NCBI GenBank assembly: GCA_913046815.1
Contig: CAJWTE010000001.1
Location: 1-46,316 of the forward strand
Reading direction: 5' to 3'
Length of the DNA stretch: 46,316 bases
Source of the DNA: an uncultured bacterium
GTDB taxonomy: Bacteria; Patescibacteriota; Minisyncoccia; Phycocordibacterales; UBA918
In this document: positions 16,428 to 25,152 of the stretch, piece by piece
How the letters are laid out: each line of letters starts with the position of its first letter
Position numbering within the stretch: the stretch's first letter is position 1
Position numbers and translations under genes: made by a program
Notes under the pieces: generated by a model
What the model saw: the letters and a program-made list of their open reading frames with translations, nothing else
Told to the model about the DNA's origin: nothing
Database searches by the model: none

Positions 16428-18116
16428 ATGACCAATAGACAAGAACCGTGGTACTGGCTGAATGATAATAGTCGCGCTTTTTTAGCAAGGGGCTATTTAG
16501 GCGAAGGGCAAACAGCAGAAGAGAGAATAAGAGTTATCGGTGAGAGAGCAGAGAAAATTCTTAAAAAAGAAGGATTTGCTGATAAGTTTTATGAGTATAT
16601 GTCCAAGGGTTGGATCTCTTTAGCTTCACCAGTATGGGCTAACTTCGGTATAGATAGAGGCTTGCCCATTTCGTGCTTTGGCTCTTACTTACCTGACAAT
16701 ATGCCGGGTATTCTTTATACCCATGCAGAAGTTGGAATGATGAGCAAATATGGCGGAGGCACTTCAGCTTTTTTTGGTGACTTACGTCCACGTGGGGCAG
16801 AGATTTCTATGAACGGAAATTCATCTGGTCCAGTTCACTTCATGCAGCTGTTTGAAACTATGGTAGATGTGGTAAGTCAGGGTAGAGTTCGGCGAGGTAG
16901 TTTCAGCCCGTATTTACCTATTGAACATCCGGACATTCTCGACTTTTTGGAAATAGGTACCGAAGGTAATCCTATACAGACACTTACTCATGGCGTTACG
17001 GTCACCAATAAATGGCTCCAAGAAATGGTAGATGGTGATGATAGCAAGAGAGCTATCTGGGCGAAAGTGATTCAACGTCGTGGAGAGATGGGCTATCCAT
17101 ATATCCTTTTTGTAGACAATGCCAACGACCAAAAGCCGGAAGTGTATAAAGATAAGAAACTTGACATTGTTGCCAGTAATCTATGCAGTGAGATTATGTT
17201 GCCAAGTAAGGAAGACTGGTCTTTTGTGTGTTGTCTGTCTTCCATTAACGTTCTTTTTTATGACGATTGGAAGGACACTGATTTGGTAGAAACAATGACG
17301 TATTTCTTGGACGCGGTAATGAGTGAGTTTATAGAGAAGTTAGAAGCAATGCGTGATTCAGAAGAAAAAGATAAACAGGAAGCCTTTCATTTTATGAAAC
17401 GGGCATATAATTTTGCCGTCGAAAATCGAGCACTTGGTTTAGGGGTTTTGGGGTATCACTCACTACTTCAGTCTAAGAAGTTGCCTTTCGCAAGTACGGA
17501 AGCAAATCAATTGAATGAGACAGTGTTCAAACTTATGCAAGAACGTTCTTACTCTGCAAGCAAAAAAATGGCTGATGAATACGGAGAACCAGAAGTGCTT
17601 AAAGGCTACGGTCGCCGCAACACCACCACTATGTCAGTAGCTCCTACAACCTCGTCAGCTTTTATTCTTGGACAGGTATCGCAAGGTATTGAGCCGGTAT
17701 GGAGTAATTGTTACGTAAAAGACGTAGCCAAGATGAAAGTTACGATCAAAAACCCTTTCTTGTTGGGACTTCTTAAAGAAAAAGGAAAAGATGAGAAGGA
17801 GATATGGAGCAGTATTCGTGATAACGATGGTTCAGTACAACATCTAGATTTTTTAAGTGATGATGAGAAAGCGGTTTTTCGTACTTTTGCTGAAATAGAA
17901 CAGGCCGAGGTGATTCAACAAGCAATAGACCGTCAGAAATATATTGACCAAGGGCAATCTCTTAATGTAATGGTTGCGCCAGATACGCCTGTTAAAGATA
18001 TCAATCAGCTATACTTACAAGCTTGGAAGGGTGGAGTCAAGGCTCTTTATTACCAACATAGTATGAATGCTGCGCAACAGCTCACTAGACAAAAATTATC
18101 TCAAAAGGACAACTAA
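16428..18116 (+). CDS. nrdA: Ribonucleotide reductase alpha subunit, short form without an ATP-cone
   Basis: SNLCSEI active-site loop and ALYYQHS tyrosine pair. No ATP-cone at the N-terminus. Confidence 0.85.
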   Translation: MTNRQEPWYWLNDNSRAFLARGYLGEGQTAEERIRVIGERAEKILKKEGFADKFYEYMSKGWISLASPVWANFGIDRGLPISCFGSYLPDNMPGILYTHAEVGMMSKYGGGTSAFFGDLRPRGAEISMNGNSSGPVHFMQLFETMVDVVSQGRVRRGSFSPYLPIEHPDILDFLEIGTEGNPIQTLTHGVTVTNKWLQEMVDGDDSKRAIWAKVIQRRGEMGYPYILFVDNANDQKPEVYKDKKLDIVASNLCSEIMLPSKEDWSFVCCLSSINVLFYDDWKDTDLVETMTYFLDAVMSEFIEKLEAMRDSEEKDKQEAFHFMKRAYNFAVENRALGLGVLGYHSLLQSKKLPFASTEANQLNETVFKLMQERSYSASKKMADEYGEPEVLKGYGRRNTTTMSVAPTTSSAFILGQVSQGIEPVWSNCYVKDVAKMKVTIKNPFLLGLLKEKGKDEKEIWSSIRDNDGSVQHLDFLSDDEKAVFRTFAEIEQAEVIQQAIDRQKYIDQGQSLNVMVAPDTPVKDINQLYLQAWKGGVKALYYQHSMNAAQQLTRQKLSQKDN

Positions 18117-18129
18117 CTTATTGAATAAC

Positions 18130-18522
18130 ATGAATTTATCTACCAATATAAAAGACCAAATTCTAAATGCTGAAGCCAAAGCACTGGCCACTACAGGAGT
18201 TGACGGACTGAATGTGGTACCGGTTTCGGTAGTGTTTGTGGAAGATGATCACATCTTGTTTTGTGACTTCTTTATGTCCAAGACAGTAGAGAACATAAAA
18301 GAGAACACCGAGATTTCATTATGTGCTTGGAGTGGCTTACAAGGTGTTCAAGTGAAGGGTAGAGCTGAGTACCTAACTACTGGTTCCCTTTATGAAGAGA
18401 TGCAAAAAGCTATGACTGAAAAGTTTCCGGAGCGTACCTTGAAAGGGGTACTCAAAATTGCACCGCAGGTTGTGTATGATGTTTCGGCTGGCTCTCTAGG
18501 AAAAAAGCTTTCAGGAGACTAA
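18130..18522 (+). CDS. Pyridoxamine 5'-phosphate oxidase-like FMN-binding split-barrel protein
   Basis: LATTGVDGLNVVPVSVVFVEDDHILFCDFFMSKTVENIKEN pattern. Start placed at the internal ATG at 18130. Confidence 0.55.
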   Translation: MNLSTNIKDQILNAEAKALATTGVDGLNVVPVSVVFVEDDHILFCDFFMSKTVENIKENTEISLCAWSGLQGVQVKGRAEYLTTGSLYEEMQKAMTEKFPERTLKGVLKIAPQVVYDVSAGSLGKKLSGD

Positions 18523-18548
18523 ATTTCTTAATCTGTTATTATTTACAC

Positions 18549-19475
18549 ATGATCAGAGGTTCGCTGAAGATTTTGTTGTTGCTAGCACTGCTTATTGGCG
18601 TAGTGTTTTGGTTAGATTTAGCCAAACTACCGTGTGATATCCCAATAACTTATCGGCTGGGTGTGGTGGACGAGCGATTCAACTTGGAGAGAAGTGAGAT
18701 CAAAAATATAGTGGAAGAAGCAACTGCTGTCTGGGAGGATGCAATCGGTGCCGATTTATTTGTCTACGACGATTCAGGCGAATTGGTCATTAACTTTATT
18801 TTTGACGAACGTCAACAAACCGTCGTGTCGGGCGAAAATATTAAAGATAAACTTGATGAATCCGAGCAAATAAATGAATCTTTTCAAACCACTTACGAAC
18901 AACTTTTAGAGAAATACAATTCTTTATTAGAGTTATATAATATTCGACTAGGAAATTTTGAAAAAGCTCGTGATGCTTATTCTAAAGAGGTAGAGAGGTA
19001 CAACGCAGCAGGGGGTGCTCCGCCTGACGTGTATGAAGACTTGGACAAAGAAAGAGATAGGTTAGACAAAGAAGCTGACAGTCTGAATGAAGAGTCACAG
19101 ACTCTTAATGAATTAGTTAAGAGACTCAACTCTCTTAGTGATAAAGGTAATAAATTGATAGAGATTTATAATCAAAACGTAAATAAATACAACGGTGTAT
19201 TTGGTGAGTCTAGCGAGTTTACTCAAGGTGACTATCAGTCTGGTGTAATAAATATTTATTCTTTCATAGATGACTGGGAGCTGCGCACAGTACTTGCCCA
19301 CGAACTAGGGCACGCATTGTCACTGAACCATGTAGAGAATAACCAATCAATCATGTACTACCTGATAGGAGACCAACCCAGTTCCACTAGCTTATCTGCA
19401 GAGGATACAAATGAGTATCATAACGTGTGCGTAGAAGGTCAGGAGTGGTGGTATAAATTTGTTACTTGGTTATAA
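18549..19475 (+). CDS. Membrane-anchored matrixin-like zinc metalloprotease (M10) with a coiled-coil insert
   Basis: HELGHALSLNH zinc motif followed by the SIMYY Met-turn. N-terminal TM segment. Confidence 0.7.
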   Translation: MIRGSLKILLLLALLIGVVFWLDLAKLPCDIPITYRLGVVDERFNLERSEIKNIVEEATAVWEDAIGADLFVYDDSGELVINFIFDERQQTVVSGENIKDKLDESEQINESFQTTYEQLLEKYNSLLELYNIRLGNFEKARDAYSKEVERYNAAGGAPPDVYEDLDKERDRLDKEADSLNEESQTLNELVKRLNSLSDKGNKLIEIYNQNVNKYNGVFGESSEFTQGDYQSGVINIYSFIDDWELRTVLAHELGHALSLNHVENNQSIMYYLIGDQPSSTSLSAEDTNEYHNVCVEGQEWWYKFVTWL

Positions 19476-19502
19476 TTGTTTAATAAAGTTAATATTTACA
19501 AT

Positions 19503-20294
19503 ATGAACGCAGAATCTATTTGGAATAGTGACAGTATAAAAAAACTATTAGCGCTGGGGTTGGTGATGGTCGTAGTGTCATTGGGTGCTTATACCTACTA
19601 CACATTGAAACAAGCAAATTACATGATGCGCGGCCCTGTGACCATCAATGTGGCTGGTGAAGGTGAGGCGATTGCCAAACCAGACATAGGCACGTTTTCT
19701 TTCAGTGTAAACACCGAAGCGACGGATGCAGCGACAGCTTCTAGTGATAACGCGGAATTTATGAACGCGATTCTTGAGTACTTAATGGAGAGTGGTGTGG
19801 TTGAGTCAGATATAGAGACGACCGGCTACAATCTTGCGCCGACATACTCGTACACAGAAGTGCCTTGCTCAGGATTCGGATATTGTCCAGGTGGTGAGAG
19901 GGTCCAGGACGGTTTTGCTGTTTATCAGAGTGTGGTTGTTAAGGTACGAGATACAGAAAACGCCGGTAAATTAATTTCTGGCGTAGGTGAAAAAGGCGCT
20001 ACCAATATAAGCGGTCTCAGCTTTACTGTAGATGACCCCAGTTCGTTAGAGGCAGATGCTAAAGCAGACGCAATTAAAGATGCAAAGGCAAAAGCAAAGA
20101 TTTTGGCTGAAAGCTTAGGTATGAGGTTAGGCAAGATAGTTTCATTCTATGAAAACGAAGGTCATGGTTATGATTCATATTCCTATTCCGAAGCTAGAGC
20201 TATGACCATGGACTCAGTAGAGTTCGTACCAGACATATCAACTGGTGAGGAGACTGTTCGCGCTAATGTGAATATTATTTTTGAGTTGAAGTAA
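19503..20294 (+). CDS. SIMPL/DUF541 family periplasmic protein
   Basis: PDIGTFSFSV..., VVVKVRD, ISGLSFTVDD, AIKDAKAKAKILAESLGMRLGKIVS. Confidence 0.7.
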   Translation: MNAESIWNSDSIKKLLALGLVMVVVSLGAYTYYTLKQANYMMRGPVTINVAGEGEAIAKPDIGTFSFSVNTEATDAATASSDNAEFMNAILEYLMESGVVESDIETTGYNLAPTYSYTEVPCSGFGYCPGGERVQDGFAVYQSVVVKVRDTENAGKLISGVGEKGATNISGLSFTVDDPSSLEADAKADAIKDAKAKAKILAESLGMRLGKIVSFYENEGHGYDSYSYSEARAMTMDSVEFVPDISTGEETVRANVNIIFELK

Positions 20295-20306
20295 TATATT
20301 AGAGTG

Positions 20307-20349
20307 AAAAAAGTAAAGGGCAGGCCTTGGGCCTGCCCTTTACTTTTTT
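20307..20349 (+). terminator. Terminator
   Basis: aaaaaagtaaagggcaggcc-tt-ggcctgccctttactttttt. Confidence 0.65.
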
Positions 20350-20417
20350 CTAAAAAAGAGTATCGTTATATATAAGGAGGCCCGAGAGGGCTTTTTAAAT
20401 TGGATAATTTCTATAAT

Positions 20418-20597
20418 ATGAGTCGATTTATAAAATACTTGAAGGATATAAAAGGCGAAATGAGGCATGTGAAATGGCCTTCAGTTAAACAGGCTAGTAT
20501 TTACTCCACTTTAGTTATTGGAGTTTCTGCTCTGGTTGCCTTATTTATAGCTGCTTTTGACTATGTCTTTACCAATCTACTAAACTTAACTATCTAA
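20418..20597 (+). CDS. secE: Preprotein translocase subunit SecE
   Basis: EMRHVKWPS motif plus a single C-terminal TM segment, immediately upstream of nusG. Confidence 0.75.
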   Translation: MSRFIKYLKDIKGEMRHVKWPSVKQASIYSTLVIGVSALVALFIAAFDYVFTNLLNLTI

Positions 20598-20598
20598 C

Positions 20599-21144
20599 AT
20601 GGCTAAGCAACAGGGAACCGGCGAGCGGCAGTGGTACGCCATTCATACTTATTCTGGTTATGAAAATGCGGTAGCTAGAAACTTGCGCCAAAGAATAGAT
20701 TCATTGGGCATGAACGACAAGATTTTTGATGTGGTGGTACCGACAGAAAAGAAAATACGAGTCAAAGGAGGGAAGAGGGTAACCGAAGAAGAGAAAGTGT
20801 ACCCGGGTTATGTATTGGTAGAAATGGTAGTGGATGATGAATCATGGTATGTGGTACGAAACACACCAAGAGTAACTGGTTTTGTTGGCAGTGGTACACA
20901 GCCAGTACCCCTAACTGAAGACGAATTGAACGCACTCATGAAGCGTATGAAAGATGACACTCCTAAGCATAAAGTAGATCTGTCTATTGATGATTTAGTA
21001 ACGATTGTGGACGGTCCTTTCAAAGAGTTAGAAGGCAAGGTAGGAGAGGTAGACGAAGAGCATGGTAAGGTAAAAGTTTTAGTGAGTATGTTTGGAAGGG
21101 AGACTCCCGTTGAGTTAGATTTCCTCCAGGTTAAAAAGGTATAA
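20599..21144 (+). CDS. nusG: Transcription termination/antitermination factor NusG
   Basis: WYAIHTYSGYENAV, VYPGYVLVEM, and a KOW motif (VTIVDGPFKELEGKV). Confidence 0.9.
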   Translation: MAKQQGTGERQWYAIHTYSGYENAVARNLRQRIDSLGMNDKIFDVVVPTEKKIRVKGGKRVTEEEKVYPGYVLVEMVVDDESWYVVRNTPRVTGFVGSGTQPVPLTEDELNALMKRMKDDTPKHKVDLSIDDLVTIVDGPFKELEGKVGEVDEEHGKVKVLVSMFGRETPVELDFLQVKKV

Positions 21145-21150
21145 ATCGGC

Positions 21151-21237
21151 GAAATCCTTGCGCTTCAAGGAAATTGTTCGTCACGGTATGTCCATATACC
21201 GCTCGCTCACAACTTCCTCTCCAGCACTACGGATTTC
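21151..21237 (+). repeat. Extended imperfect hairpin (family member D) after nusG
   Basis: Outer stem gaaatcc/ggatttc. Apical stem cggtat/ataccg flanked by tca...ctc. The 5' arm resembles the arm of element A at 45752-45868. Confidence 0.45.
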
Positions 21238-21475
21238 ATCCAATTTCTATCTTTTTAAAGTTCTGAAGAAAAACAAAAACCTTCCATTCGAATGGAAGTT
21301 TTAGGTTTAGACTCCTTGTATTTCATCTGATTTTGAAAGTTTAGTAATTGAAAAAATACAAACCTACGTCATCGGATGACCCGGGTTTGTTTTATTGTTG
21401 CCAAAATCGTGAATTTTATGTAGGATGGCGACGCTGTTACATTGCTTCTAAATAATGTAATTTCTCAAAAAGAAG

Positions 21476-21901
21476 ATGGCAAAAGAAATAATCAAACAAG
21501 TAAAAGTACAGGCTGAAGGAGGAAAGGCTACGCCAGCACCACCACTTGGTCCAGTACTAGGACAAGCCGGTATTAATATCGGTGAGTTTGTAAACCAATT
21601 CAACGAGCAGACTCGTGAACGTATGGGCGAAGTAGTGCCGGTAGTTATTACCGTGTACGACGATCGTTCGTTCGACTTTGTCTGCAAAACTACTCCAGCT
21701 TCAAGACTTATCTTGAAAGCAATTGGTCAGAAAAAGGGTTCTGGCAAGAATTTAGTATCTAAGTGTGGCGATATCACCAAGGCTCAGATAAAAGAAATCG
21801 CCGAAGCCAAGATGGTTGACTTAAATGCCAATGACATAGAACAAGCAATGAAAATCATTGAGGGTACTTGCAAAAGCATGGGTGTCCACGTGAAAGAGTA
21901 A
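21476..21901 (+). CDS. rplK: 50S ribosomal protein L11
   Basis: KVQAEGGKATPAPPLGPVLGQAGINIGEFVNQFN is the canonical L11 N-terminus. Confidence 0.9.
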   Translation: MAKEIIKQVKVQAEGGKATPAPPLGPVLGQAGINIGEFVNQFNEQTRERMGEVVPVVITVYDDRSFDFVCKTTPASRLILKAIGQKKGSGKNLVSKCGDITKAQIKEIAEAKMVDLNANDIEQAMKIIEGTCKSMGVHVKE

Positions 21902-21936
21902 GTCCAAAATAACCTCATCTGCTTTGTCAGACTACG

Positions 21937-21980
21937 AAAAAATCCCCTTACTGGGCACTTGCCCCACTCGGGGATTTTTT
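21937..21980 (+). terminator. Terminator-like hairpin (family member C) after rplK
   Basis: aaaaaatcccc / ttact-gggc-actt-gccc-cactc / ggggatttttt. Confidence 0.55.
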
Positions 21981-22134
21981 CTTGCCTTCCTCGCATCTAA
22001 AGTCATTTTAGAATTACTCCCATCTGACTATTTTCACAAACAAAAACCTTTCGGTTCACCGAAAGGTTTTTGTTTTGTGCATTTGTGGTACGTTGTAGCT
22101 AGATAAGTTCAAATTGTAACTGGAGGTGTCAACG

Positions 22135-22659
22135 ATGAATTTATTAGTTCGAGAAGATATTCTTAAATGCGCTCAGCGAGCTTTTAGAAGAGAACTAACG
22201 GGTGAAAATTTCTTTCTGCAAACTGGGGTTGCGGTTGCTTGGCAACCCCACGAGAATGGCGACCGTGTCCTATTTGTGCAGGGGATTAAAGGTGGCTGGT
22301 TTTGTCCAAAAGGAGGTTTTGAACCACAAGACAATAACTCGGCAGTAGCTACCGCTTTGCGTGAACTGGAAGAAGAGACCTGTCTATCAAATGGTTACGC
22401 AAAGCCAAAATACATTGGCTCTCGACGCAATCGTAAACACAATCCGGACAAGTATCCTCCTAATGAGGTAGGCAAACATTTGCATTTTGTGGAAGTTAGA
22501 TTCCACAAAAAGACAGATGTCTGTCCGCGCGTTGGTCATGGTGTGCACGACGTTATTTTTGTTGATAACAAAGTTGCTTTTAACAGGTTGTCTATGAGTG
22601 ATGCACGCCGTCGATCCGCTAACTTGGCATTGAAAACGGTTGGAATCAACTGGATCTGA
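22135..22659 (+). CDS. Nudix-fold protein with a partly degenerate Nudix box
   Basis: GGFEPQDNNSAVATALRELEEETCL. GGAGG lies 8 nt before the ATG at 22135. Confidence 0.55.
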   Translation: MNLLVREDILKCAQRAFRRELTGENFFLQTGVAVAWQPHENGDRVLFVQGIKGGWFCPKGGFEPQDNNSAVATALRELEEETCLSNGYAKPKYIGSRRNRKHNPDKYPPNEVGKHLHFVEVRFHKKTDVCPRVGHGVHDVIFVDNKVAFNRLSMSDARRRSANLALKTVGINWI

Positions 22660-22683
22660 GTTTAGCGCGGAATAGTAAAAAGA

Positions 22684-22705
22684 AACGACCCCTCACGGGG
22701 TCGTT
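22684..22705. terminator. Hairpin between convergent genes
   Basis: aacgacccc-tcac-ggggtcgtt. Confidence 0.5.
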
Positions 22706-22711
22706 AATGCG

Positions 22712-23209
22712 TTAGGTCTTCCGCATATAAGTTACATGACGGTAACGGAGTCCCTCATGAGACTCCTCATAAGGAGTCTCATGAGGGACAAATTCACTTT
22801 TGTATTCAGGAAAGAAGCTGTCGGCTTCAGAGTCGCTTGCGTCTATTTCTGTAAGATGCAGTTTGTCTGTAATAGGTAAGGCTTCCTTATAAATTGACGC
22901 ACCACCGAAAATAAATATTTCTTCTGCATTTACTGCACCAGCTTCCTCTAAGGCTTCCTCTAGTGAAGTCACCACTATACAACCGGGTGCTTCGTAGTCA
23001 GCGTTTTTAGTTATTACAATGTTGGTGCGGTTGGGGAGAGGTCGGCCAATCGATTCATACGTATTTCTCCCCATTATTATTGGGTGACCGGTCGTAAGTT
23101 CCTTCACTCTTTTTAAGTCTGCTGGTATCCGCCAGATAAGCTCATTTTTCTTACCAAGTTCAAGGTTTTGTCCTACAGCTGCTATTGCACTGATGGTTGG
23201 TTTTTGCAT
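22712..23209 (-). CDS. folA: Dihydrofolate reductase
   Basis: ISAIAAVGQN...IWRIPADLKRVKELTTGHPIIMGRNTYESIGRPLPNRTNIV. Start placed at the internal ATG at 23209. Confidence 0.85.
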   Translation of the reverse strand: MQKPTISAIAAVGQNLELGKKNELIWRIPADLKRVKELTTGHPIIMGRNTYESIGRPLPNRTNIVITKNADYEAPGCIVVTSLEEALEEAGAVNAEEIFIFGGASIYKEALPITDKLHLTEIDASDSEADSFFPEYKSEFVPHETPYEESHEGLRYRHVTYMRKT

Positions 23210-23282
23210 GATGCGATTATGACATAAAGCTCGGTATCTGTCTTTTGTCTTATCATTCACTGAGCTGATATAATGGCAGCAT

Positions 23283-23957
23283 ATGGCACGCTACGAAGTT
23301 GAAGTTAAAAGTCTATTGGGAGAAGAAGAAAAAGCGAATGCTCTTAAGGTGCAGATGTGTGAGCTTGACCCAGCTTGCGCTTGCGTAGCCACCAACAAAC
23401 AGTTAAATCACTACTTTAAGGGCGGTGATATTGATAAATTGTTCGAAAAGACTGGCCACCTTTTTTCGACAGAAGAGAATGAGCGATTTAAGACAATCGT
23501 TGACAAAGGAGAAGATTTTTCTGTCCGCACACGTCAGAAGGACGACGAAGTGTTGCTGGTGGTAAAAGCTTCAATGGATGAAGGTACCAGCGAAAACACT
23601 GTGAAGCGGATGGAGTTTGAGGAGTCAGTTAATATTTCACTCGATGAACTAGATCAGCTAGTGATTGATTCGGGGTATGAGTATCAGGCCAAGTGGTCAC
23701 GCGAAAGGGAAGAGTACAGCTACAAAGGCGCTAATGTGTGTCTCGATAAAAATGCCGGTTATGGATTTTTGGCGGAGTTTGAAAAGATTGTGGACGATGA
23801 AAGTATGATTGACCAAGTGCGAGAGGAAATTGACCAATTAATGACAGAACTCGGGGTAGAGGAATTGTCTCAGGAAAGACTAGCTCGTATGTTCGATTTC
23901 TATAATGAGAACTGGCCAGAGTACTATGGTACCAATAAAACTTTCTGGATCAAATAA
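23283..23957 (+). CDS. CYTH-domain protein (CyaB-like class IV cyclase / triphosphatase family)
   Basis: N-terminal EVEVK (ExExK), SVRTRQ, MEFEE, VCLDKNAGYGFLAEFE. Confidence 0.65.
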   Translation: MARYEVEVKSLLGEEEKANALKVQMCELDPACACVATNKQLNHYFKGGDIDKLFEKTGHLFSTEENERFKTIVDKGEDFSVRTRQKDDEVLLVVKASMDEGTSENTVKRMEFEESVNISLDELDQLVIDSGYEYQAKWSREREEYSYKGANVCLDKNAGYGFLAEFEKIVDDESMIDQVREEIDQLMTELGVEELSQERLARMFDFYNENWPEYYGTNKTFWIK

Positions 23958-23959
23958 TT

Positions 23960-24556
23960 ATGAAGATTTTATTATTAGATGCGGATGGAGTGGTACTAAA
24001 GAAAGACGGGTATTTTAGTGAAAGGTATGCTCGTGAACACGGTGTCCCGATAGAAGATATAGTACCTTTTTTTAAAGGTCCCTATTTAGAATGCCAGTCA
24101 GGGACAAAGGACTTGAAGCAGGAACTGAAACCTTTTTTAGAGAAATGGGGTTGGAAGGGTTCAATGGATGAGTTTTTAGATTATTGGTTTGAGGATGTGG
24201 AAATTAAACATGATATTTACGGTGTGATTAAGTATTGCAAAGAAAATAGTATTGTATGTTACTTGGCTTCCAACAATGAACATTATAGAGCCCGTAAAAT
24301 AGAAGAAACACTAGATGGTATGTTGGAGGGATTTTTCTTTGCGTCAGATTTGAAATTAAAAAAAAGTGATTCTAAATATTTTGAGTTGATCCAAGAAAAA
24401 CTCGGAATACCAGCTAACGAAATAGCTTTTGTAGACAACGACGAAAAAAATATTGAAGCTGCTAAAGAGCTTGGTATTGAAGCCAGACTAGTTAGTGATG
24501 GAGTATGGAATGAACTTTTAGGAATTGAGTTTAATAAGGGGTTTAAATTGATATAA
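23960..24556 (+). CDS. HAD-superfamily hydrolase
   Basis: ILLLDADGVV (DxDG motif I) and FVDNDEKN (motif IV). Confidence 0.7.
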   Translation: MKILLLDADGVVLKKDGYFSERYAREHGVPIEDIVPFFKGPYLECQSGTKDLKQELKPFLEKWGWKGSMDEFLDYWFEDVEIKHDIYGVIKYCKENSIVCYLASNNEHYRARKIEETLDGMLEGFFFASDLKLKKSDSKYFELIQEKLGIPANEIAFVDNDEKNIEAAKELGIEARLVSDGVWNELLGIEFNKGFKLI

Positions 24557-24563
24557 TTAAGCT

Positions 24564-25151
24564 ATGTTTCTATCTGACAAAGACATTCATGCGGCGGTAA
24601 AAAATGGAGAAATCATTCTCGAACCTTTTGATCCCAAGCGACTACAGCCAGCTACCTATGACATTCGTCTCGGTAACACTTTCATAGTTACCGACGCTCA
24701 CTCTACTCAAGCTATTGATCCGGCTAAAGGAGTATTTCCCACAACTCAGACGGTGGAAGTGAAAGACGGAGAAGAGTTTGTTTTGCATCCGGGTGTTAGT
24801 ATACTCGGCTACTCTAAAGAAAAATTTGGCTCTGAAAACTACCTTATAGAGGTAAACGGGAAGTCTTCATTGGCCCGTATCGGTCTTATCGTGCACAACT
24901 CTGCCAGTATTGTTAACCCTGGCCACTACTTAAATATTGCTTTAGAACTGTGTAATTTAAACAACGTGCCGATAGTATTGCGTCCTGGTATGGAGATAGC
25001 TCAACTTACATTTTCTACACTAAGCTCCCATACCAAGAAGAGTTACAAGCAAACCGGTCGCTACCACAAGAACAATTTCCTTGGTTATGTGCCTCCTAAG
25101 ACCGGCCCATTGTCACGCAAGAAGACAGTTACTAGTAAGAAGAAAAAATAA
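24564..25151 (+). CDS. dcd: dCTP deaminase with a basic C-terminal tail
   Basis: LSDKDI...LQPATYDIRLGN, GKSSLARIGL. Confidence 0.85.
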   Translation: MFLSDKDIHAAVKNGEIILEPFDPKRLQPATYDIRLGNTFIVTDAHSTQAIDPAKGVFPTTQTVEVKDGEEFVLHPGVSILGYSKEKFGSENYLIEVNGKSSLARIGLIVHNSASIVNPGHYLNIALELCNLNNVPIVLRPGMEIAQLTFSTLSSHTKKSYKQTGRYHKNNFLGYVPPKTGPLSRKKTVTSKKKK

Positions 25152-25152
25152 T

